From positions 1 to 63,259 of IMG/VR virus record IMGVR_UViG_3300042112_000104: a stretch of DNA of 63,259 nucleotides, one strand, 5' to 3'. Made by a program: the position numbers and the translations under genes. This DNA comes from a virus. Taxonomy: Duplodnaviria > Caudoviricetes. Below the pieces are notes generated by a model. That model was given only the letters and a program-made list of their open reading frames with translations, was not told the origin of the DNA and made no database searches. Below, one piece after another: positions 1 through 7,447 of this stretch (the first letter of the stretch is position 1; each line of letters begins with the position of its first letter).

Positions 1-236
1 TCCCAATTGCTCCATAAAGGGCTGTTGCTGGCAGTTCAGCGTTTTCATCGCCAACGGCATATGCTCCAGCAACATCTCTAGAAAATTGAGATGGAGAAAC
101 TACAGGCACAAAAGGACTTAATCCTTCAAGAGCAGATGTAATCTTTGCCTGCCTTGGATTGAATGTGTATCCAGACGTTTCTCTAGACATTTGCGCTGCC
201 ATAATTAAGCCCCTCCGTAAGTTAAGTTAGATGCGG
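1..236. repeat. Terminal direct repeat (copy 1); circular/permuted assembly overlap
   Basis: 1-236 is identical to 63024-63259 except A128 vs G63151; it falls inside coding sequence. Confidence 0.95.
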
Positions 237-936
237 GGATATTAAAGCGATTGCTTCTGGCATTTGTTCCGCCAGCATCGCGATTTGCAGCGGCAACAAG
301 TGCGGCGGGGGCGACATTGCTAGGACTCATGTATGGACTAGCTCCAGCCAGCGCTCCTCCGCCAGCGCCACCAACATTAGAAAGCGCTTGCAGCCTTGCG
401 GAATTTATGTCGAATCCACCACCGACATTGCCCATTCCTTGCGTTGCCAACGCAAATCGCTGACCAGCCGCCGCATCTGAGGCTACTTGCGCCGTATTCA
501 ATGCGCTAAGTCTATTGCTTGCGCGTTGAATAGACGCATTTTGAGACGTTGCTGCAGCTTGGTTATCCGCATCAATTGCTGCTTGGCGCTTTCTTGCCTC
601 TTCCGCTCTTGCCGCCGCTGCTTGTTGTTCTGCGAGTTGAGCCTGAAGAGCCTTGATGGCATTTTCGTTAGCCCTTTGTTGTTCAGGAGATGTTCCGCCG
701 ACAACGGTAACTGTTGGTCGCGGCGGATTGGCAATGTTGCTTATTGCCCTTCCAACGCCACCAAATGCATTTCCAATAGCGCGTCCAGCGGAGCTAACCG
801 CTCCTGTAACGCCCTTCCAAGCGCTACTGATTGCTTTGCCAAGGCTCCATCCGCCCAAAAGCAATAGCCACTCAGGACGGTTTGGAGAAAAAGCCAAACA
901 GACAGTGTTGATTATAAAATCAAACAAGCTGTCCAT
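205..936 (-). CDS. Gly/Ala/Gln-rich putative internal virion (ejection) protein, paralog 3
   Basis: Shares GGGFDIN and C-terminal LTYGGA with two neighbours; ATG follows the upstream stop (TAATATG) with GGAGG upstream. Confidence 0.65.
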   Translation of the reverse strand: MDSLFDFIINTVCLAFSPNRPEWLLLLGGWSLGKAISSAWKGVTGAVSSAGRAIGNAFGGVGRAISNIANPPRPTVTVVGGTSPEQQRANENAIKALQAQLAEQQAAAARAEEARKRQAAIDADNQAAATSQNASIQRASNRLSALNTAQVASDAAAGQRFALATQGMGNVGGGFDINSARLQALSNVGGAGGGALAGASPYMSPSNVAPAALVAAANRDAGGTNARSNRFNIPASNLTYGGA

Positions 937-937
937 A

Positions 938-1468
938 TTATGCCCCTCCGAATGTCAGGTTTGATGCTTGTGGCAAACTAAAGCGGTTTTGTGGCGCATT
1001 AGTTCCGCCTGCTTGCATATTTGCAGCAATCATGGCGGGAGAAACGCCAGTAGCAGCGCCTCCTCCTGCGGCAGGGCCAGCGGCATACGGCAAAGCGCCA
1101 GCAGCGCCAGCACCAGCAACATTGCCAAGCGCTTGCATCTTAGCGGCATTGATATCAAAGCCTCCGCCTCCGCCGCCAAGCCCAGAAGTTGCCATGCTTT
1201 GACGTTGTGCAGCCTGAGCGTCTTGCAGTTGTTGAGACGATTGAAGTCCGCTTAGCGAGCGTTGCGCTTGCTGAACAGATCCAAGTTGCTGACTGCGAGC
1301 CTGCTCGTCTTCCGCCTGAATTTTCATCTGGCGCTGGCGTTCTGCTTCGGCTCTTGCAGCGGCAGCAGCAGCCTCGGCTTGCTGTGCCTGCATTTGGCGC
1401 AACATAGCGCTATTATCGGGTGCGCTAGGCATCCGAATTTGTGGTCTTCTTCGTCCTCCTCCGCCCAT
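938..1468 (-). CDS. Gly/Ala/Gln-rich putative internal virion protein, paralog 2
   Basis: MGGGG start, coiled-coil-like Q/A-rich core, GGGFDIN, C-terminal LTFGGA. Confidence 0.7.
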   Translation of the reverse strand: MGGGGRRRPQIRMPSAPDNSAMLRQMQAQQAEAAAAAARAEAERQRQMKIQAEDEQARSQQLGSVQQAQRSLSGLQSSQQLQDAQAAQRQSMATSGLGGGGGGFDINAAKMQALGNVAGAGAAGALPYAAGPAAGGGAATGVSPAMIAANMQAGGTNAPQNRFSLPQASNLTFGGA

Positions 1469-1469
1469 A

Positions 1470-2006
1470 TTATGCTCCTCCGAATGTTAGTTTTTCAGCG
1501 TTTGGCAAAGTAAACACATTCGTCCTCTGAGTGGTTCCACCAGTGCCAGTATTAAGAGATTCAGCCGTTGTCAGCGCGGGATTAATTAGCGCTGGATTTG
1601 CAGCCAAGTTAGCAGCCGTTGAGGGCAGGGTTGTTGACGCAGCGCCAAGGTTTGCCAAAGCGGCATTCCTTGAAGCATTAATGTCAAATCCGCCTCCAGT
1701 TGCAGCCGTTCCCGCTGCTTCTTGCTCTTGTTTATACCTGTTAAGCGCAGCTTGATCGGCAAGATACTGAGATTCTTGCATTCTGCTAAGCGTATCAGCC
1801 GCGCTTTGTGTTGATTGCTGCATCTTTTGTTCAGCAGAACGGTTTTCCGCCGCAATTGCAGCTTCACGCTGTGCTCTTTCCGCCGCCGCTGCGGCTTCCC
1901 TAGCAGCAGCAATTTGTTGCTGCATCATTTGTTGCATGATTGCCGCTGAGTTGTCAGCAGGCATTTTATAAGTGATGTTTCCACCACCTCCAAATAGTCC
2001 GCCCAT
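1470..2006 (-). CDS. Gly/Ala/Gln-rich putative internal virion protein, paralog 1
   Basis: MGGLFGGGG start, GGAGG SD 8 nt upstream, GGGFDIN, C-terminal LTFGGA. Confidence 0.7.
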   Translation of the reverse strand: MGGLFGGGGNITYKMPADNSAAIMQQMMQQQIAAAREAAAAAERAQREAAIAAENRSAEQKMQQSTQSAADTLSRMQESQYLADQAALNRYKQEQEAAGTAATGGGFDINASRNAALANLGAASTTLPSTAANLAANPALINPALTTAESLNTGTGGTTQRTNVFTLPNAEKLTFGGA

Positions 2007-2072
2007 AGTTTTTTCCTCCGTTAATTGTTTGTTGTTATGCTTTCTGGGGGGTTAACCCAAGAAAATTGTCAG

Positions 2073-2987
2073 TTATGCCGTCATCTGTGTAAGCCCATAC
2101 ATGGTTCGATCAAATCCGCTTCCGAATCCAGAACTTCCGCCTGTTTTAGACCTAAAAATAGGGCCGTTTACAGCGCCATCAAGGCCACCGAAAATTCCGC
2201 CAAAAAGTGCCCCATATCCAGAGCCTGTAGGGCCACCCAAAGATCCGCCCGTCCATCCCTCAGATCCGCCAATGCTGATCCCTTTAAGGGTTCTATCAAT
2301 CCAAGGAGTTCCTGTTTTGACGGTTCCAAGGCTTTTTAGGGCCATAGGAACAACAGCACCCATAGCTCCAGAGGCCATACTTCCGCCCCCTCCACCCAAG
2401 TTCTTCATCATGCCTGTCATCCCGCCTGCAGATCCTGCTGCTGCTGCACCTGAAGCACCAGAAGCAGCGCCCTTGCCCCCCCCTCCCATTAGCCCCCCAA
2501 GAATGTTTCCGCTCCCGCCAGATCCACCTCCTCCCATCATTGACATCGCTGCAGGAATTGCAGCAGACAGAATGTCAGTTCCAGCACCCATAGCGGCAGT
2601 TCCGACAGCTTCCCTGTCGTCGCTGGCTATTTGGTAGTTCGCTGGATCGTCAGGCAAGAAATCGAATCCATTCTGTTCTTTCCTGCTTTGTGATTGCATC
2701 GAATTCCACTGTGCCGCTGCAGATGCTTGTTTTTGAGAAGTAATAGCGCGAGCGAATCTTTCGGAAGACGGGTTGCTCAGCGCTTCTTGTGCAAGTGAAA
2801 GCAACGCTTCCGTTCTTCTGTCAGATTCGGGCTTTCCGAAAAGCTGTCCCTGAGACATCAAATTGGCCGCATAATTCTGTTGCGCTGCCCTTTGAGATCC
2901 TGCCATAGGAGCGGGAATGTTATTGGCGCGGTAGTCCGCCGCCGTTGGAAGCGTTGCTTTTTGAACAGTTTGGTTTGATCCGCCCAT
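2073..2987 (-). CDS. Gly-rich putative ejection/pilot protein with glycine-zipper-like C-terminus
   Basis: MGGS start, GxxxG-rich hydrophobic segments, position after tail genes. Confidence 0.6.
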   Translation of the reverse strand: MGGSNQTVQKATLPTAADYRANNIPAPMAGSQRAAQQNYAANLMSQGQLFGKPESDRRTEALLSLAQEALSNPSSERFARAITSQKQASAAAQWNSMQSQSRKEQNGFDFLPDDPANYQIASDDREAVGTAAMGAGTDILSAAIPAAMSMMGGGGSGGSGNILGGLMGGGGKGAASGASGAAAAGSAGGMTGMMKNLGGGGGSMASGAMGAVVPMALKSLGTVKTGTPWIDRTLKGISIGGSEGWTGGSLGGPTGSGYGALFGGIFGGLDGAVNGPIFRSKTGGSSGFGSGFDRTMYGLTQMTA

Positions 2988-2990
2988 ATA

Positions 2991-3842
2991 TTAATCCTCT
3001 TGGAGTTGTTTAGAGTCCCAATGAATTGGCATAACGCCCAAATCCTCCATCACAATGTCTTCATAAGGAACTGATTCAGAAATATTTGTAATTGTTCCAT
3101 TCAGTTTGGGGCAATAAACGTATTTTGGCCCACGCCTATCAATGCAATTCACGCAAACTGGATAGTAATCTGAATTCATTGATTTATCTGGATTCCCAAT
3201 CCATTTGCCGCCTCGTTTAACATAACGATTGGAATCTGGCGTGATGCCATTTTCTTCCATGTAGGAAAAAACGTCTTCATCAGTCCAATCGCGCAAAGGA
3301 TACAAAGAAACAGGCGATCCTTCGGCATATCGTATGTCCATAGCCAAAGGAATTGGCCCTTTGATTGTGTCTACATCGCTGCTTTTTGTTCCAATATATG
3401 CAGCATCCCAAGGCCAACTAAAAAAACCAACTGGCCTTTTAAGATAATCGTCTAAAGCACAAAGAAATCTTTCTCCCTTTTTTGGCCTTTCGGTTCCTTG
3501 CGCTATTACCATGCAGGCTTTACCCCATTGCTGATACTTCAAAAAATCAAATCTAGGCTCTCCAGTTTCTGTGTCAGGCCCATGTAACACAGTAATTTTA
3601 GAAGCAGGATAGTCATACACTTCTAAATCCCATTGTTTGATTAAATCGTCTGAGTAAGCGTATCGCTGGCGCAATTTAGGCTCTCGGTATTGCACTACTG
3701 GCAAATCAAGTTTGCAAACATATCGAATAAAATGCAACAGAACGGTGCTGTCTTTTCCTCCTGACCAAAGGACAACAGACTTCGGCCAGCGCTTGTTCCA
3801 TTTAAGCACTTTCTCAAAAGTATTGTCCAATAGGTCTTTCAT
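2991..3842 (-). CDS. PAPS-reductase-family (PP-loop) protein
   Basis: SGGKDS PP-loop, YPLRDWTDEDVFSY motif typical of the family, C-terminal CVNC...C. Confidence 0.8.
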   Translation of the reverse strand: MKDLLDNTFEKVLKWNKRWPKSVVLWSGGKDSTVLLHFIRYVCKLDLPVVQYREPKLRQRYAYSDDLIKQWDLEVYDYPASKITVLHGPDTETGEPRFDFLKYQQWGKACMVIAQGTERPKKGERFLCALDDYLKRPVGFFSWPWDAAYIGTKSSDVDTIKGPIPLAMDIRYAEGSPVSLYPLRDWTDEDVFSYMEENGITPDSNRYVKRGGKWIGNPDKSMNSDYYPVCVNCIDRRGPKYVYCPKLNGTITNISESVPYEDIVMEDLGVMPIHWDSKQLQED

Positions 3843-4675
3843 TAGAATGCAATTGCTCCAGCGGTTAATCCTGCTCCAGCTAGTCCTCCCAACATCCCTA
3901 TGCCTGCAGCGCTTTGTGCATTTCTAGCTGCTGCATTTTGGACGGCACCCTGATAAAGCATTTGTTGATAAGCCTGTTGATTTGCGCGATTTGCCTGCGA
4001 AAGGCTTAACAAGTCTCCAATGCCCGTATTGGCAAAATCAGCAGCGGTCATTCCCAATCCTTGTGCGGCACCCAGCAATCCCGCCTGCCATCTTCCCATA
4101 GCCTCTTGATTCGCCACTTCTGCCGCTTGTTTTCCTGCCATCAAAGCGCCCGGATCCAATCCGCCCGTTGGTGCCCCATATGCATCCAGATAGCTCTGTT
4201 GCGCGGCAATGTTTCCAAGTTCAAAGTCTCTTCCTGCCTGCGTTGCCATGTCAAACAGCGCCGATCTTCCGATAGTGCTATCAGGATCGATTCCTGTGGC
4301 GGAAATTGCTGGGATTCCCTTTGTCTTGGCCCACTCTTCCATTTGTTGCTTCCACGCCTCGCGGGAAGTTGCAGCCTGAAGCCTTTGCGGAACCTCTTGC
4401 CGCATTTTTGCTGCTTCTGGGCTGGCAAGCGCCTCATACTTTCTGGATCTTGCTAAATTTGCCATGCCAAGTTCGCCAGCCTCGCGAGAAACTTGATTCG
4501 GGCTAAACTCCTGCATTTGGGGAGTTATGTTTGAAGCGAGCTTCAGCATATCAGCTTGGTTTTTCAGAAACATCAGTCCGATCTGATTCTTCTGACCAAG
4601 AAGGGCCGCTTCCATGTCCATAGAAGGGCGCTTGATATAGTCGCCCGGATTAACTGTTGCTGGTGATCCGCCCAT
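3842..4675 (-). CDS. Putative internal virion/DNA pilot protein
   Basis: MGGS start, helical A/Q-rich body, hydrophobic Gly-rich C-terminal tail (GIGMLGGLAGAGLTAGAIAF). Confidence 0.6.
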   Translation of the reverse strand: MGGSPATVNPGDYIKRPSMDMEAALLGQKNQIGLMFLKNQADMLKLASNITPQMQEFSPNQVSREAGELGMANLARSRKYEALASPEAAKMRQEVPQRLQAATSREAWKQQMEEWAKTKGIPAISATGIDPDSTIGRSALFDMATQAGRDFELGNIAAQQSYLDAYGAPTGGLDPGALMAGKQAAEVANQEAMGRWQAGLLGAAQGLGMTAADFANTGIGDLLSLSQANRANQQAYQQMLYQGAVQNAAARNAQSAAGIGMLGGLAGAGLTAGAIAF

Positions 4676-4679
4676 ATAA

Positions 4680-5072
4680 TTACTCCTTCGGTGCTTTAAT
4701 TTCGTAGATTTCTCTGTTAAGTGGAGTAAGACCTATTTTGGTCATTATCTCGTTTGAAAAATTTGGTCTTCCTTCTTCTGTCGGCACACCGACATAAGCA
4801 ATAGATCCAGAAACTTGAACAAATGTGACCAGATCGTTTATAACACGATAAACATCGCGAGGATTTGTATGCTTTGGGTGAAAGGCTGGATAAACTGTTG
4901 GAATATAAACCCAATCTGAGTAGCCGATCAGATTGCCATCGCGGTAATGACCTAAGACGTTGATGTTCGGATGCTCATGGATTTCATGGTTGAATTCTTG
5001 CGCGAAATCAACGGCTTCAAGGAATTCGTTGGTTCCGTGTCTGAGTAGTTTGTAATCTATGCGTTTATTCAT
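4680..5072 (-). CDS. Hypothetical protein, possibly GNAT-fold (positional analogue of T7 gp13)
   Basis: About 130 aa alpha/beta pattern ending in IMTKIGL (GNAT motif-B-like), located between tail and ejection genes; start chosen at MNKRID. Confidence 0.4.
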   Translation of the reverse strand: MNKRIDYKLLRHGTNEFLEAVDFAQEFNHEIHEHPNINVLGHYRDGNLIGYSDWVYIPTVYPAFHPKHTNPRDVYRVINDLVTFVQVSGSIAYVGVPTEEGRPNFSNEIMTKIGLTPLNREIYEIKAPKE

Positions 5073-5073
5073 G

Positions 5074-5319
5074 TTATGCTCTCCCCACAAAGACCTCATT
5101 TTTGGTGGTATATCCAGCGAATTTTGCCGCCTGCTCCTGAATAACTTTCACCCTGTCTGTAAAGCTGCCACACACGGCGCAAGGCAGACATTCGGGATCC
5201 TTGTATGCGGTAAACGGGATAGAGGAATACAACGGAACCATTGCCGTGTCCGAAAACGGGCTGATGAACTTGTTGGGGAAGTTCGTAACGGGAACAGAAG
5301 CCTGTGAAATATTGGGCAT
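5074..5319 (-). CDS. Small hypothetical structural-region protein (CLPCAVC)
   Basis: ATG right after the upstream stop; fills the gap in the operon. Confidence 0.5.
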   Translation of the reverse strand: MPNISQASVPVTNFPNKFISPFSDTAMVPLYSSIPFTAYKDPECLPCAVCGSFTDRVKVIQEQAAKFAGYTTKNEVFVGRA

Positions 5320-5320
5320 T

Positions 5321-7447
5321 TTAGCAGGGGTTCGATATTTTATACTGAACAGCGGCGGCATTGGCCGCTTGAAGGGCCAAAATGCCAGCCTGCTCTTCTG
5401 CGTGAGCGTAGGAAATGAAAGAAAGAAATGATGCGGAAGCTGTAGCCGATATGGACGGGAATCCAACGCAGGGCAGCGTGACCGTCTTGTAGACCTTGGC
5501 AAAAAACGTCTTATTTTCGCCCAGAGGCCCGTCTAGTGGGCTTGGAAGAATGTCCAGTTTTAGAGAGTCTCCATTTTCTCCAACAACACAGGAAAGCGTT
5601 TCGTTGGCGTTAGGATTGCCAACAGATTTTTCGCTCCACGGGTCTTGGAAGATCCTGACAATTTCAACGCCAAGTTCTCCGCACCATTCGATAAGCATGG
5701 AAAACGCCTTGTCTATATCTGCCGTTAATGGGCTTTCGCAAGTTTCGTAGCGGACATTCCTAGTGGCGCTTTCCGTGACAAGCCTCCTATATTGGGTATT
5801 AAGGAACCCCAATTCATCGATTTCTGATTCAAAAGGCGTATTCTGATACTGATGCCTTTCGCTGATTGCCATTACTCGACGGTCTAAAACCTTTTGGTAT
5901 GCCCCTTTGCTCCCGCGAAAACTTGCCCTCACGTCAACCGTTCCTCCGATTTCCTTGCATTCAATTTCGGCGTAAACGAATTGCTTCAAATCCATACCAT
6001 CACCAAGCTGGGCGGTTTCAATCTGGCTATAAATGCGGTTATAGAATCGCGTTGTGCTTCCGTCTTGATTAATTCGTAGATACGAGTCGGTTCGCTCTGG
6101 CATGAAAGACTCCCACAGGTGGTTATAGGAGCCATCATTTGTCGCGGTGTAATCCAGCGAGAAGTGAAAGCAGCGAGGTTGCCCGTCTACCACTCCTGTT
6201 GTCCATTCTACGGGCCTTGTGCCCTCCCAGACTCCGCACCACGCAGGGTTTCTGGCCTGACCCCACTCAGAGGCAGCGGCATAGTCCAAAACCATTGTGG
6301 CCGAATTTACAGGCTCTAGATATGGAACAGAATAGAGCAAATAGTTTTCAAACGAAGAGGCGCAAATTTGGCTTTGGTTTCCCGTCATGTAGCGTTTGGT
6401 TCGCGCCATTTCCACGTCCTTATACAAAACCTGTGACGAGAGATAGCTCGCGGCAGCAACGTCAGCCGCAACCAACCCGCCTTGCGAATACCACCACATT
6501 TGACCAGCTTGGAAAGCGATGCTTTTGCCTGCAATGCAACCAACGGTAGGATAAAGCGTATTCTGGAAGTTCGCTGTGGATGCCCAAGCGGAACGATCTA
6601 GAATTCCTGAAGCCAAAGAAAATGTAGATCTGTCAGTGAAAACAATCAGGCGGGTGTCGGTGTTTTGTCCTACATACGAAACAAGCCCTGTAACTGGCCT
6701 TGAAAAGCTGAAATCGCCGCGACCAGCGCCAGATGTTCGCTCAAGCCAACTTGTCGGGTCGCCAAGATCAGAAGCCAAAACAAGATTGTTGTCCGCGATC
6801 CACATTCTATTCCCAGAAAACGCCATCCAAGTTCCCACGGGAATTTTGTCACTTTGGACACCAGTTTTGTTAGATCCATCCCAATACGCAGGAGCAGAAA
6901 TACCGTCCTGAATCATCACAATACGATGCGATGGCGTGACCGTTGTATCGCCTCCAGTTGATGTTGTGGCTGATCGTGTTCCCAAAGCGAAAATGCACTG
7001 GCTGGCATCCTCGTCCATTTTTATCCCAGCAAGCCTGTATTCTTCCCAATCTTTGGGTTGCTCAAGAGGGAACGGCGCAAAATAGACGTTCCCGCTAACC
7101 GCAAATACCATGTATGTGAGTTCATCTTTGGCAACTCCGCTTCCGTTCACGTCAAAGATTTGCCTCGGAACGGTAATAAGTTGACCGTTCACTGTTTTCT
7201 TTTCCGCTGCCTGAAACTGTTTATTTGCGGCAAAGAATATTCCGCCCTGCAAATTCCCCGGCGGCAAAGACAGGCGCATCGCATAGCCGGGTCGCGTTTG
7301 GGCAATGCCGCCGCGCACCGTGATATTAACGCCCCATTTTAATTGGTTTTCTGGAAGCGCCCACGCATTTCTGACGCTATTGACGCCCTGAACCCAACCA
7401 GCAGTGCTCTTGGTAAGCCTGCCTGCGTTGATTTGGTCGGACTTCAT
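5321..7447 (-). CDS. Putative tail nozzle/stabilisation protein (T7 gp12 / P22 gp10-like position)
   Basis: 708 aa, beta-rich propeller-like sequence; follows the putative adaptor and precedes ejection genes. Confidence 0.6.
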   Translation of the reverse strand: MKSDQINAGRLTKSTAGWVQGVNSVRNAWALPENQLKWGVNITVRGGIAQTRPGYAMRLSLPPGNLQGGIFFAANKQFQAAEKKTVNGQLITVPRQIFDVNGSGVAKDELTYMVFAVSGNVYFAPFPLEQPKDWEEYRLAGIKMDEDASQCIFALGTRSATTSTGGDTTVTPSHRIVMIQDGISAPAYWDGSNKTGVQSDKIPVGTWMAFSGNRMWIADNNLVLASDLGDPTSWLERTSGAGRGDFSFSRPVTGLVSYVGQNTDTRLIVFTDRSTFSLASGILDRSAWASTANFQNTLYPTVGCIAGKSIAFQAGQMWWYSQGGLVAADVAAASYLSSQVLYKDVEMARTKRYMTGNQSQICASSFENYLLYSVPYLEPVNSATMVLDYAAASEWGQARNPAWCGVWEGTRPVEWTTGVVDGQPRCFHFSLDYTATNDGSYNHLWESFMPERTDSYLRINQDGSTTRFYNRIYSQIETAQLGDGMDLKQFVYAEIECKEIGGTVDVRASFRGSKGAYQKVLDRRVMAISERHQYQNTPFESEIDELGFLNTQYRRLVTESATRNVRYETCESPLTADIDKAFSMLIEWCGELGVEIVRIFQDPWSEKSVGNPNANETLSCVVGENGDSLKLDILPSPLDGPLGENKTFFAKVYKTVTLPCVGFPSISATASASFLSFISYAHAEEQAGILALQAANAAAVQYKISNPC

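Noticed and set aside
2991-3842. Dnd/Ssp phosphorothioation system or cysH metabolic gene
   Set aside because: No desulfurase, DndD/E or Ssp partners seen and no CysH C-terminal catalytic motif; kept only as an orphan PP-loop enzyme
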